A stretch of 64,000 bases of DNA from assembly GCF_018350175.1 (NCBI RefSeq), contig NC_058383.1, forward strand, positions 8,124,001 through 8,188,000. The letters are read 5' to 3'. Each line of letters starts with the position of its first letter. Position 1 is the stretch's first letter. The notes beneath the pieces were generated by a model. That model searched no databases. It saw only the letters and a program-made list of their open reading frames with translations, and was not told the DNA's origin. Below, one piece after another: positions 1-11,679 of this stretch. The position numbers were made by a program, and so were the translations under genes. Source of the DNA: Felis catus. Taxonomy: Eukaryota.

Positions 1-44
1 CACGACAACGCAGGGCACACCCACCACCACCTTCCCCCAGTTAC

Positions 45-209
45 CAGCCAGTATGTGCAGGGCCCCTGCGACGGCGGCCAGCCTGGCCTTCCTGGAGAGC
101 TCCATGCTCCCGATGTTTATGCAGCGCAGCCCCGCCATGCCTAGGAAGAGGCCCAGGAAGCCCAGGAAGATGGCGGTGATCATGAGCGCCCGGCAGGCCT
201 GGAGGTACC
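45..209 (-). CDS. CLDN15: Claudin-15 coding exon 2 (gene continues beyond window start)
   Basis: CCCCAG acceptor at 211-210; translates (G)[54 protein letters not shown](G); GTAA donor at 44; 165 bp, phase joins exon 1. Confidence 0.96.
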
Positions 210-439
210 CTGGGGAGGCGGGGCGCAGCCATGGGTCCCTAAGCTGGCCCCTTCCCCCTCCGGGGCTGAGCCAGCCCCTTACAGCCAGCCCCTGCTCCGG
301 TCTCAGTCCATAAAGGCCCTCAAGTCCCCTCCTTCCCCTTCGGGGCCCTATTCCGCTGGAGCCCTGACGCCCCTCCTTCCTAGGGGCTCAACTCAGGCCC
401 CGCTCCCCCGACCCCGGTTCGGCGCACGTGCTTACTGGC

Positions 440-648
440 TGTCTCCTTGGCACTACTGACACTTTGGCCAGCTACTGCTTTGGTCTGGGGGCCGTCCTGG
501 GCCCTGTGGGATGTTCAGCAGCATCCTTGGCCTCTACCCACTAGATGTCAGCGGGAGTCCGCTCCAAGAGGGACCATCAAAATGTCTAGACGCTGTCAAT
601 GACCCCTGGGGGACAAAGTCGCCCCCAATCGCAGCCGAGAACCACTGC
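440..648. mobile_element. MER20-like hAT DNA transposon fossil
   Basis: Motifs cttggcactactgacac...ggcctctacccactagatg...aaaatgtc...gagaaccactg resemble the recalled MER20 consensus. Confidence 0.65.
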
Positions 649-768
649 TCCGTCGCGAATGACAGAAATTGCTCTTGAGTACTCAGCCCCTGCCCCACAT
701 CTGCTTCTCTCTAGGTCCCACGTGGCACAGCCCCTAGACATCATGAAGTGAGCTTTCTCCTGCGGTGA

Positions 769-783
769 CCTGTAGGGGGCAGC
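769..783 (+). promoter_or_regulatory. Candidate CTCF site in CLDN15 intron 1
   Basis: CCTGTAGGGGGCAGC matches the CTCF core CCNNNAGGGGGCAGC. Confidence 0.45.
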
Positions 784-2814
784 AGTTGCCCGTGGGTTAC
801 TGGGTGGGGGCTGGTTCTGATCTGGAAAGTGGGGTATCTAGGCTAAGGACAATCCAAGCACATCTAGCTCATATACATTGGATGCCTCAGTTTCCCCTTT
901 CTCAAAGCTGAAGGAAACGGCCAGTTTCCTTCCCGGCCCCTCTTCCCCCTTTTCTTTGATACTTGCCAACCACCCCAAGGACCTTGTTCCCCTTTCCTGG
1001 GTGGGGCCATGCCACTGGTGCTGAAGACGCTGGGTCCCTGCCAGGAGGATGTGAAGTGGCCCGGAGTTGGCGGGTAGAGAGGAGGGACAAAGTTCTCTGG
1101 GAGCACTTTCTCCCAGCCACTCCCTCTGGGGTTCCCCCCTCCCCCGTATCCTCTCTACCCAGGGCTGACCAGCCCTGGGTCCCTAGGCCGCTGTGGTAGA
1201 CAAAGGAGAGATTATTGATGGGCCACGAGGGAGCGTGGGCTGGGCGGCTGTGAGGGATTAAATAATAGTCAGGACCCCCCTCGGGACCAGAGTATCCGCC
1301 AGCCTGGGTTCCGGCACCCCTACCACCTGTGGGGCTGTGGGCCGGTTAACGCTTGTGCTTGTAGTTTTCCAGCTTGGGTGAAACGGGGTTGCCCGCGCCC
1401 CACGCAGCCAGGCCAGCGGAGACGGCACTGTGATGGCCTGCGTGAAGAACCGTCACAACGTGGGGTGCCCTGACGACCCCGGGTGCCGGGCAGCTGCCCT
1501 CTGCCCTTCCCCCTGGAGCAGGCTCTTGCCCCTCCATCAGCAGTTCCAAGTGGGGCCCTTCTCGGGCCGACAGGCTCACGGCAAACGCCCCACTTCAAAC
1601 CGAGGTGTGGCTGAGGGATGGGTGAGGCGGGAAGGGCCAGTGCTGCTAAGCCGGCTGCCTGCCATGTCCCTTCTGGCCACCCGGCATTCGGGGCTTCTGG
1701 TCCAGATGGTACCCAGCTTTTATCGGGAGCTTGGGGAGGGCACGTGCCCTGCACATGGCAAATCCTGGAGAGAGGGATGAAGGCACGAAATCCCTGCTGG
1801 ATCAGGAGATTCTGGGAATCGCAGGGGCACGAGAGACCCACGCAGACCCCTTAACTGCGCAGAGCATCTCTGGCGTTCCCGCAGCCCTGTTCCAAACCCA
1901 GTGTTGGCTTTAGTTCCACCCACTTCCCGGCACCTACAGTGGCGAACCGGAAGAGCACGACGGCTCCAAGGGGGGTGCGGGAGTGGCACCAAAAAGAGGA
2001 CCTGGTCCTCCCCTCCTGGTCTCCGGCACGGGCCTACCGAAAAGACTCCCCCGAGGGATGCTGGGGACTACTCGGTGAACAGGAAGCAGGAAGACGCTAT
2101 ACCACCAAGGAGAACCTTTCTGGAACAAAAGACCTGTACGTTCCGGCCCTCCGAGAACTTCAAACAATCCACTGCCTGAGAACGCCGAACACACATGCAC
2201 ACACACCCCTAGCTGCTTCCACCAGACACAGCGCCGCGGGAAGTCTCGCTTGAAGAGGGCCCTTGAGAATTCGCCGTGGCAGTGGCACCGATGCCTTTTA
2301 AGGGTCTCAACGCCAAGAACCCAAGATGGGCCTCCTCTGCACCCCCACGACCCCCTGCACTCTCACCACAAAGCTGAGATGCTGAAGTCGGTCGTGTGCG
2401 CACACGGGCCAACGAGAATCACGCTAACGTCCCGGGCTGTAGCTCAACACTCACAACCATGCCACGCGCCTGTGCACGTTCCCCCGGTTTTACAGTTGGG
2501 GTGAACGAAGCTCGTTTCATCACCTGCTGGGAGCACCGAGCTGGTCAGCTGAGCCCGGCGGTCTGGCCCTGGTGCCTGCACTTGGAACCACTAGGGGTGT
2601 CACATCAGGGCAGGGGGACACGTGGGACGAGGTCTCCAGCGCGGCTCCAGATGGCGGCCGCCGGGCACTCCCAGCTCCCCGAGCTCGATCCAGGCCTCCC
2701 TTATCGGCTCGGTGCCCGAGGCCCGACCGTGGACAGCAGTCACCCTCCCCGGGGGTCTCTCCCCGCCTCCCGCCGCCCCCTGGAGCGGGCCACCCCGCTC
2801 TCTCCACCCCATAC

Positions 2815-3031
2815 CGGAGAGGGCCAGCAAGGACGGGAACTCCCGGCAGCTGTAGACTCCCAGGGAGTCGGTGGCACAGCTAAACCAGAGGTTCTCGAAG
2901 ATGGTGTTGGTGGTGATGACGCTCCCGTGCACGGTGGACACTCGCCAGTAGCTGTGTGGCAGGGTCACCCCCAGCATCAGCAGCCCCAGGGCCGCCATGA
3001 AGAAGCCGAAGATCTCCACGGCCACCGACAT
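2815..3031 (-). CDS. CLDN15: Claudin-15 coding exon 1
   Basis: ATG at 3031; [72 protein letters not shown](G), with the claudin W..NLW..C..C ECL1 signature; GTATGG donor at 2814; 217 bp. Confidence 0.96.
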
Positions 3032-3322
3032 GGTGAGATGCAGGGCCCTGAGGGGCGCCTGGGGCCCCGGAGGAGGGGAGGGGCTGAGCCCCAAGGGAAC
3101 TTGAGGGGCTTTGGCTAAGGAGGGGTGTTAAGGCAGGCTGGAGAGAAAGGTGGAGAGAGCAGGGGGGGCCAGCAGCAACCTGGGGTGCAGATCTGCCCCC
3201 ACCCCCCGGCTTCTGCCCCCTGCCCTCCCTCTGGGTTCCTGCTTCCCCGAAGGTCCGGGCAGAGGAATGAGCCCAGAGCGCCGGGCAGCTGTTGACGCGG
3301 AGATGGAGGGAAGCAACGGAAC

Positions 3323-3336
3323 GGGCCAAAAGTCCA
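3323..3336. promoter_or_regulatory. HNF4A-like site upstream of CLDN15 ATG
   Basis: GGGCCAAAAGTCCA resembles the HNF4 motif CAAAGTCCA (one extra A), ~300 bp upstream of the ATG. CLDN15 is an intestinal gene reported as HNF4A-regulated (recalled). Confidence 0.3.
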
Positions 3337-5116
3337 CCCCCTCCCCCAGCCTCTGGGCTCCCCGCCCCACAAGGGGGGCGGAGAGGACTAATGGGAGTGA
3401 CCAACGAACGGATGGGGCTGAGGGGGGCCCCCATGGGAGGCACTGGGAGCAGAGGGGAAGCAGGGAAGTCGCTCTGACTCAGCTCTCATCGGGGGGCCGG
3501 AGAATGGAGCCAGGACAAGGAAAGAGAAGGTGACTGAGAGACCGGGGCCACAGACAGACCTTTCGCGGGGCAGGATCCGGGGAGCGGAGCCCCCCTCCTG
3601 GATGTTGGTGAGAACAATTTAAGAAACTCCAAAGACTTGGGGTTCGGGCTACTGAGTCACCGAAGAAGATTAAGGTTGAGTAAGGCATCAGGGCGTCTGG
3701 GCGGAACCCGCGGCTCTGGAGTCCAGTCAACCTGGATTCAAACCAGACCCACCATCTACCAGAGCCACAAGGGCCTGGAGTCTGAGCCCCTCGGGCTTGT
3801 TCCTGCTTCTGTGAACTAGAACTGGCTCCCTCACCGCTGTGACCCCAGATCAAAAGCTCCCTGCACGTGGGAACTGCTCCATCCTCGGGGACCACTCTGG
3901 CTCCGGGTGCCGCGGGCACAGGGTGAGGCCACCAGTGGGTTGCTTCCCTCCAAACTTCAACTTCTTGAACTTGAATTTCCCCCCTCGTCGGGTTGATCTT
4001 TGACTCTCGGCAACAAGCTTGATCTCGCTGCCAAGGGCCACCAAGGGGGATAAATCACAGGCCCAGAACGTGATCCTGTGGCTAATCTAAGCAGCTCAGT
4101 TATCACAACTGTCACCAGCTCTATTAATTATGATGGGTTAGAAACCGCCGGGCTCCAACCCCAAGCCGAGGCTGAGCACCTGTCCTGGTGCAGACAGTAT
4201 CATTTCCTGCCTCAAGGCCACAGCCAGGGCAGCTCTAGTTCTCCTCTGGCAGGCGCAGCAGGGGCTTGGTCTCCAGGGGTAGGGGGGAACCGATGCTACC
4301 CCCCAGGCAGTCACAGGGGACATCAAGGAGCCGAAGGGTATCCCATCACCCCCCTCCCCATGTCAGGCTCCTCTGCCCTCCCCTCAGGTGCCTCCGCCCC
4401 AACCCCCCCCCCCAAGCCAGGCTGGCTTGGCTGTGGAACGAGAGGTATGTGGTGAAGCAAGACAGGCCCACGCTGAGCCTGGCACCGGGCGGGTGTGGGG
4501 CAAAGCAGGCTGGGTGGGGACTGGGTCCTGACCTTCCATCTTGGAGCCTATGACTGGGATGTCCTGGGTTTGCAACCTTTCTCAAGAACCTGAGGAGTCC
4601 TCGCAGAAGGCCCAGCCCTGCCCCTGGGCGGCGGCTCCTGGCCCCTCCCCAGGAGAGGACGGGGAGGAGGGGGGCGCAGGAAGACAAAGGGAGAGAAGGG
4701 TGGAGGTTTGGGAGGAAACCGAGTGGGGGCCCCCCCCTGGTGTGGAAAACTCCACGTGCTAAGAGGCAGCTGTGTGGGTCAGAGGAGACAGGAGACATAA
4801 ATCCTGGCCTGTCCCCTCAGCTCTTCCCTTCCCGCCTCCCATCACTGCTTTCTCCCAGGATTCCAGCACCGTGCAAAGGCCACGTCCCGTGTCCCTGTGT
4901 CCCCATGCTGCCTACCACTGCTTTGGGGGAGGGGAGGGAAGGAAGGGTGTGGGCTCTGGGCAGCTTGGCGGACAAAGGCGAACCCCACACCGGCCTGGGG
5001 GCGGGTAGGAGTAGGAAGGCGAGCAGGAAAGGACCACGGGTGACCCCCACCTTTGGGCCCAGTGGAGCCCGCCCCTTCTTCCACACAGACACAGCGGTTC
5101 CGAGCCAAAGCCCAGT

Positions 5117-5122
5117 TTTATT
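5117..5122 (-). terminator. FIS1: FIS1 polyadenylation signal AATAAA
   Basis: TTTATT on + (AATAAA on -) ~195 bp after the stop codon, followed on - by GT-rich GCTGTGTCTGTGTG. Confidence 0.75.
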
Positions 5123-5314
5123 TACACTCGTCCCGGAGCACGTGGTTTGGGGCTATTGGGCAGGTCTCTGGGGAGAGGAGGCCGAAGGCAGAGGGCAGTG
5201 ATGGGGTACAGGGGAAGGGACGGAAAGGATGGACGGCCACCCCCCCACCCCCCCTTCGAACGTCCTCCACAGGCTCCCAGGCATCCCTGGGCAGAGGCGG
5301 AGGCGCGGTCTCCT

Positions 5315-5412
5315 TTAGGATTTGGACTTGGATACAGCAAGTCCGATGAGTCCAGCCAGTCCCGCCACGCCCAGGGCCATCCCTCCAACAATGGCCATGC
5401 CCACAAGTCCGT
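5315..5412 (-). CDS. FIS1: Mitochondrial fission 1 protein, exon 5 (TM anchor, stop)
   Basis: CCAG acceptor; (D)GLVGMAIVGGMALGVAGLAGLIGLAVSKSKS*; TAA at 5317-5315. Confidence 0.97.
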
Positions 5413-5593
5413 CTGGAGAAGGGAAAAGGGAGACTGTCAGGAGCCCAGCCCCCACAGGGACCCTGCCCGGTGCGCCTCTTCCCCTGGAGTCATGAGGCAA
5501 GGGACTCCAAGGCGTACAGAAAGAAGGGACTGAGGGACTGAGGAGGATGTGCTTGGAGCGGGGGAAGGGGTCCTTTAAAGGGAGACCAGAGAG

Positions 5594-5843
5594 GGGGCGC
5601 CTGGGTGGCTCAGTCGGTTGCACGTCCGACTTCAGCTCAGGTCGTGGTCTTGAGGTTTGTGGGTTCGAGCCCCGCATCGGGCTCCGTGCTGACAGAGCCT
5701 GGAGCCTGCTTCGGATTCTGGGTCTCCCTCTCTGTGCCCCTCACCTGTTCACACTCTGTCTCTCCCTCTCACAAAAATAAATAAACATTAAAAAAAAAGT
5801 ATCTTCTGAAGGGCAAATTTAAAAAAATTAAATAAATACAAAA
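5594..5843 (+). mobile_element. Can-SINE in FIS1 intron 4 with 18-bp TSD
   Basis: GGGGCGCCTGGGTGGCTCAGTCGG head, CT-rich segment, A tail; TSD taaagggagaccagagag at 5576-5593 and 5844-5861. Confidence 0.9.
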
Positions 5844-5997
5844 TAAAGGGAGACCAGAGAGCCCAGGCGTGGGGGAAGGAAGACGACCTGGCGAAGAGCA
5901 GAGAGGTGCCCTGGGAGGACAGGACGACGGGGCCAGGGAGACAGGCAAGCAAGGGGAGCGGGGAGCAGGGGGGTGGGGGGCCGAGGGGAAGCTTCAC

Positions 5998-6103
5998 CTT
6001 TCTTCATGGCCTTGTCAATAAGCTGCTCCAGTTCCTTGGCCTGGTTGTTCTGGGGCTCTGTCTGCAGCAGCCCCCGCACATACTTTAGTGCCTTCTCATA
6101 TTC
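5998..6103 (-). CDS. FIS1: FIS1 exon 4
   Basis: GCAG acceptor; EYEKALKYVRGLLQTEPQNNQAKELEQLIDKAMKK(D); GTGAAG donor; 106 bp. Confidence 0.97.
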
Positions 6104-6539
6104 CTGCGCTCAGGGAAAACACAGACACACACCCCCCCAGTATTCCAGCCTCTTCCAGCCCCTCAGAGGGACCTGCACTTGCCCCGGAGGCTCCTCCCTC
6201 TACCCCCACCTCCTCCCTCCCTCCGGCCCCACCCAACGGAGTAGAGTCCACAAACAACCCCAACTGTGTGGGGGTGATAAGCCTGGGGAGATAACCACCC
6301 AAGGCTCGGGGCTGCACCCCAATCCCGAGGTCACCCACACCCTTGGCACCTGGATCTTCTGTCCCTCACCTTCCCTCGGCGTCAGGACCCGTCGCCTTGC
6401 ACCTCTGTACCCGACACCCCCCCTGCCCACTTGCCCTGTCCGGCCTCCCTGATGGCCAGGGCTCTACCCTGGAGGGGAAATGACGGGTGGGGTGGCCCAC
6501 CCGGGGGGGGGGGGGGGAAGAAGGGGGCTGCCGCCTTAC

Positions 6540-6616
6540 CTTGAGCCGGTAGTTCCCCACAGCCAGGTAGAAAACGTAATCCCGCTGCTCCTCTTTGCTC
6601 CCGTTGGGCAGCAGCT
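6540..6616 (-). CDS. FIS1: FIS1 exon 3
   Basis: CCAG acceptor; (E)LLPNGSKEEQRDYVFYLAVGNYRLK; GTAAGG donor; 77 bp. Confidence 0.97.
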
Positions 6617-7925
6617 CTGGGGAGGGTGGCGGCAAGAGGGTGAAACCTGCTCCTCTCCTCTCCTAGTGCCTGTGTCCCAGAGACCCCCTCCACTCTCCGA
6701 ATCCCTGTACGACCCCGGGACAAAGTCACCGTGCTGAGCTTCCGTTTCAGCTCTGGCCCCTCTCGGCTTCCCAGTCAGGGCTCCGGGGCAGCACAGACCC
6801 AGGCTGCCAAATACCCCGGTGATGAACGCCCTGGTTTCAACACTATATAGTCAGCTCTGGTCCATCTAAGTGACCTGGAAGGAAACTGAGGCACTGGAGA
6901 AGCCAAAGGTACCCGCTGTGTGTTCTCACTGTAGCTGTTTGCTGCCCAGATTGGGGTTAAAATAAATTTGCACTCCCCCCCGCCCTTAAAAAATACAGCT
7001 CAAAACTCCCCTTCAATTAGCATTCTCTGAATGACCCCCGCCTGACTCTATCTTAAGTCAGTGACTTCGCAGAGGCTTCTGTACAATTTGGGGCTAAGTA
7101 GCTTTGCAAGTGTTCATAAATCTTCCCCAGTGCCCGTACTTTCTCCTCAGCTAGAAGTGGCAACGCTCAGAGACATCTTCTACAGGTGTGCCCTGCAGTA
7201 AAGGAAGCCTGAGAAATCCGAATTAGCAACTTAGGCAGATGCCGGTGAGGTTATTTGCATTTAAAAAGATTCTTATTTTTATAGATTCACAACAGCCATC
7301 CTTCGCTAGTGTACTGTTTGCTTCCACGTGAATACTTGGCCAAGAGAAAGCGGGTACAGGGTACAGAGAAATCTGAAGGTCAAGTATGGCCTGTGACAAA
7401 ACAGTGACCTATCGAAAACCAACGGGAGACAGGATTCCGATCAAAAAAGCACCATCTGCTCGCAGGTTTGCACTAATCCCATGCCGCCCTCACCAAAGGT
7501 TTTCAACTGCTGCTGAGTAAGCAACATGGTGGGGCCAAAGAGCAAGGGCCTGGGACACACAAGACAGGAGCTTCTAGTCCTAATTCAGCCATTAATTCAT
7601 CAGCTGTGTCACCTCAGACCAGTCACCCTCCTTCTGTCAGACTGCCAGATCACTGAGTCCTGGGGGGAGTGACGCGCCATGGTTCTGTCTGGCTAAACAG
7701 TGATGACGCCACAAGCAAACCAGGCGAAGCCAGGCCAGGGTGCAGCCCTCTGTTGCAGTGCGTTTACTGGCAGGTAACTGTGAGGTGACAGCTACAGGGT
7801 CCCATGTCGACACAGGATCCCAGCACTTGAGATGGAGGGAGGGAAGGAGGCCACGGTGGTTGGGAAGGGCAGGACGGACCCAAAGGCCACTGGGAAGGGG
7901 AGGGTCGGGTAGCCTAGCACCTCAC

Positions 7926-8058
7926 CCTCCAGTAGTGCGATGCCTTTGCGGATGTCATCATTGTACTTGCTTCGCACCAGGCACCAGGCGTACTCAAACT
8001 GCGTGCTCTTGGACACGGAGCCTCCTGCCTTCTCAGACTGAAATTTCTTTTCAAACTT
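7926..8058 (-). CDS. FIS1: FIS1 exon 2
   Basis: GCAG acceptor; KFEKKFQSEKAGGSVSKSTQFEYAWCLVRSKYNDDIRKGIALLE; GTGAGG donor; 133 bp. Confidence 0.97.
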
Positions 8059-8291
8059 CTGCCATAAGAGAGGAGAGGAGTCATTTAGAAAGGAAGGGAC
8101 GAACCATTCTCTACCAGGACCTGGGTGTCCATTTCCCAGCTACACTCCATCTTCCCCAGTCTCTGTCACGTTTCCCTCGCGGGCCTTGGCATCTGGCATC
8201 CCGGCTTCCGCCATCTCCATCCCTGGGATCCAGGTACTCTGCTTCTTGGCAGCAGGGTGTCTCCCCCCGACACTACCCCGGTCCACTTCCC

Positions 8292-8330
8292 TCCCCCTAG
8301 TGGTACCGAGCGGAGATGCCACCTGGTGGC
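8292..8330 (-). promoter_or_regulatory. Two tandem CTCF-like motifs in FIS1 intron 1
   Basis: Minus strand reads GCCACCAGGTGGCATC and CCACTAGGGGGAG within 40 bp. Confidence 0.5.
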
Positions 8331-8739
8331 GGCTCCAGGCACCGCCGGCGAAGCAGCTGACCCCGAGCGGCTGGCCGAACAGTAAACACGCTGTCCGAAC
8401 AGCTCAACAACAGCCCACGCCGTCCCTCGTCGGTGGCTGCTTCCCCCAGCCAGCCCCACCCGGCTGGGTCTGGGCCTTTTCTTATCTGCTAAGTGGGAAT
8501 AAGAGTAGTGCCCACTTCCTAGAGCTACAAGGATTGAGATATCGCCGGCAATGCACTTAGCACCGTGCCGGTTTCGGTGAGTAACATCTGAAACTTCATG
8601 CTAGTCGCTATATCCCCCTGTCACCGAAGGAACACTCAAACACGGGTGTCCGCACCCTGACCTCCTAACTCCTGCACGCACTCAGAACTGGTCAGTCTTT
8701 CCACGCCAGACTCCAGGCCCCGAGTCTGGGGCGTGGTGG

Positions 8740-9300
8740 TGCAGGAAACTACAAGTCCCATTGGCCTCCGGGACAAAGAAGAGCCTCTGGGCAGGAGCCG
8801 GACGCTGCAGAGGGTGCCGGGAGCCGTAGTTCGGCCTCCCTAGGAGAGCCTGGTGCTGGGTAGAGGGTCTGGCCCCGCTCGGACTCTCCTCAGGACCCGC
8901 CCGTCCGAATGTTCCCTCTCCCTCCCTCGGGGCCAGGCCTCACCAGCAGGTCGTCCACAGACACCAGCTCGTTCAGTACGGCCTCCATGGCCGCCGCCCC
9001 TGCAATCCTTACACCTAGGTCGCTACTGTGCCACCGTCTCCATGGCCCACTGGTAGGGCCGGAGGGCCGCTTCCGTCGTCCGGCGGAAGCGAGAGCCCCC
9101 TCCCCACGCAGAGCCAATCACCTCATGTTGCTGATGCCGAGCCCGCCCCGCCGCCGGGGGACGCCCCGCCCCTTCCTTCCGGCGCCCTCGGCGCCCGGGT
9201 TGGGGCACTAATGCGCAAGCTCCGCCCGACCCCTTTCCCTCTCCACCCGCGGACGGCTAGCGCTGCAACTCCGAGTCCCCCGCTCGTCCTCCCGAGTTCC
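8740..9300 (-). promoter_or_regulatory. FIS1: FIS1 CpG-island promoter
   Basis: CpG-rich; CCAAT (AGCCAATCA 9112-9120), GC boxes, ETS CCGGAA/CGGAAG, TGCGCA; ZNF143-type AACTACAAGTCCCA at ~8747. Confidence 0.8.
8944..8988 (-). CDS. FIS1: FIS1 exon 1 (coding part)
   Basis: GCGGCCATGG Kozak; MEAVLNELVSVDDLL; GTGAGG donor. Exons total 45+133+77+106+98=459 nt = 152 aa + stop. Confidence 0.97.
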
Positions 9301-11343
9301 CTGTATGTGCCTTCCTTCACCGAGGCTGCCTTAATAAAGTTTGGAACTGTGTCTTCTAGCTGGCCCTTGGGCTCAGAAACAGCAGAAAGAAGAAGTTGGA
9401 GGACCCGGCTTGATCTAAACCTTCCTCCCCTCCGGCCCCACCCCCTCTAGGCCTAGGAACCCGGAGGCTATGTGACATTTGGGTGCCTGTAACAAAATCA
9501 TAACTGGTCCCAAGGTTTTTAGGGCCTCTGCTGACCCTTACAAGAGGACTGACAACTGGACCTGTTAACATACACCCAGAAACCGCAGTGCATACGCATA
9601 GGGGATAATACGGAAATCTTTAAATGGGAATTGAAAGTTGTTACCCCATTACTTGCAGACAGGGTCCAATCTTTTAATACTTAGATAAAGCATCCTCCGG
9701 GTGTGCCTGAGAGGGAGCATCGGCCGTGGGTCACGCGGGCAGCGAGGAACAATCAAAACATGGGAAAGGTAAATGTGCACTCCTCTGGTTCCTGTGCTGT
9801 GCAGTGATGGGACTGGGTAGGTAGTGACTTTCGAATTCTTTTCACCTTGACCCACAGTGCTCCAGTGCACATTACAATGTAAGTTCCATGAGGGCACAGA
9901 TAGGCTCTTGTTCCTTTGTGCGTCTCCAGCACCTGACACAAGATCAACGTCCAATGAATATGTGTTAAATATACATGAAATAAAGCGAACAAAAGTAAAT
10001 AGGGCAGTGCAGATGCAGGAGATTATCATCCAAACATCTTTCGTGTTTGCAAAGCTCTTTTAATTTTTTTTTTTTTTTAATTCTCATAGTAGCCTTGTGA
10101 GTTAGGTAGGCAAGAATTATTCTTCTCTATTGAGCTCAAGACAGTTGAAATGACTGATATGAGGAGTCCCATTAAAAGATAAAGGAGAGGGCAGAACAAG
10201 TTCATAAGTACACTCTAGCTATTCATCTTTAAAAACCTCAGGCCTAAATTTGTAATTTTTTGCTGGTTTACAATAGAGGACTCCCCTTAAGCAGCAGGGT
10301 GAACTAGAGAGAAACAATTGGCTTTAACTTAAAATCTAAAAGGCAAGGCAACACTGAGAAACCATTTGTTAGATAGTACAGTAGGAAAATTAAAAATAAA
10401 ACCCCGCAAACTACCACCAGTGCTGCTGAAATTATAATACTGGTTTCACTGTCTTGGCTAGCGGCCACTATTTTTAATTCACACTATTTGTCTGTTTGCA
10501 ATCACACACTTGTGTGATAACCTGATGAATGCCACCCTCCCATTAGAGGCTGGAAGCTACACGACAGCAGGGTCTGTGTCTATATTGCCCATATTATACC
10601 CCTTTAGCTCAACTCAGTGCCTACCACTAGTAGATACTCAATTTGTAATTGTTGTGTAAATAAATACTGCAGTCGCCATCATTAACTTTTTGGAAAGCAA
10701 CGAGGGAGTATGTAGTAAAAGCTACAAGATGTAATATTACTTAACTGGTAATCTGTGAAATGGTCAACAAAAGCAAAAAAACAAAAACAAAAAAAAAAAA
10801 ACAAAAACAAAAAAAAAAAGGAAAAAGGAAAAGGAAGCCATGAAGATATTCATTCCTGCATTATCTTTGGAGGTAAACAGACAACAAAAGCTCCAGGGAA
10901 TTGTTTTATTAAATGATGACACATCGATATAACAAAATAACACACAGCTTGAAAGTCAGAGTCATCTGGACTCTTTGGATGTGGATGGTAATATTCAAAA
11001 CAAAACGAAAAAGCATGCACTTCTCAAATTTGGTCCTGTAAGTGGTCAGAAAGGAAGCTGACATTTTTTGTTGTTGTTGTTAGTGGGACTAAAACCTAGA
11101 GTTGGTACTTGTTAGCACACTCTGGGCCCTGGGCCCCTCCCTTGACTACAGTATTAGTTGCAAGCCTGCTCTGGTCTTTTGCCCTACAGCTTCTTGTTAG
11201 TGGGCAGCCCACGAAAAGAGCTCAGCAAACACCCACTAAACAGGATTCCACTATTTGTGTTCCTCGCGTCTCCTGTGATCGCTCACCTACACTTCCCACT
11301 TTCCTCTGCTATCCAATCAGAAAGTCCTATCCACCGCAAGCTC

Positions 11344-11388
11344 ATCCATCCATCCATCCATCCATCCATCCATCCATCCATCCATCCA
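11344..11388 (+). repeat. (CATC)n microsatellite
   Basis: About 11 perfect CATC units. Confidence 0.9.
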
Positions 11389-11679
11389 ACAAACAGTAGT
11401 TTGAGGCCTACGTGTGCCAGGCACTCTTCTGAGTGCTGGGCAAGAGAAATGAACTAAACAGACACAGTCCTTCTCTCACACGAGTTCCATCTCCATGGAA
11501 GAGACAAGACTGCTAACGAATAAATGAATTATCAGCCCACCTCCGCCTCCTTTCTGTCACCATACTTCATACATACTTCAGATTTTTTCCTCCTCCAACC
11601 CAGCCTGGCTGCCAGTTGTACTTTAAAGTGCAAATCAGGGCTGAGTAAAACGCCGTCTGGGCTTCGCAGAACATTGTGC

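Noticed and set aside
2396..3118. 240-aa plus-strand ORF
   Set aside because: Antisense shadow of CLDN15 exon 1 in GC-rich sequence; no recognisable domain.
5594..5680. tRNA-like A/B boxes (TGGCTCAGTCGG...GGTTCGAGCCC), recurring throughout the window
   Set aside because: tRNA-derived heads of Can-SINEs, not tRNA genes.
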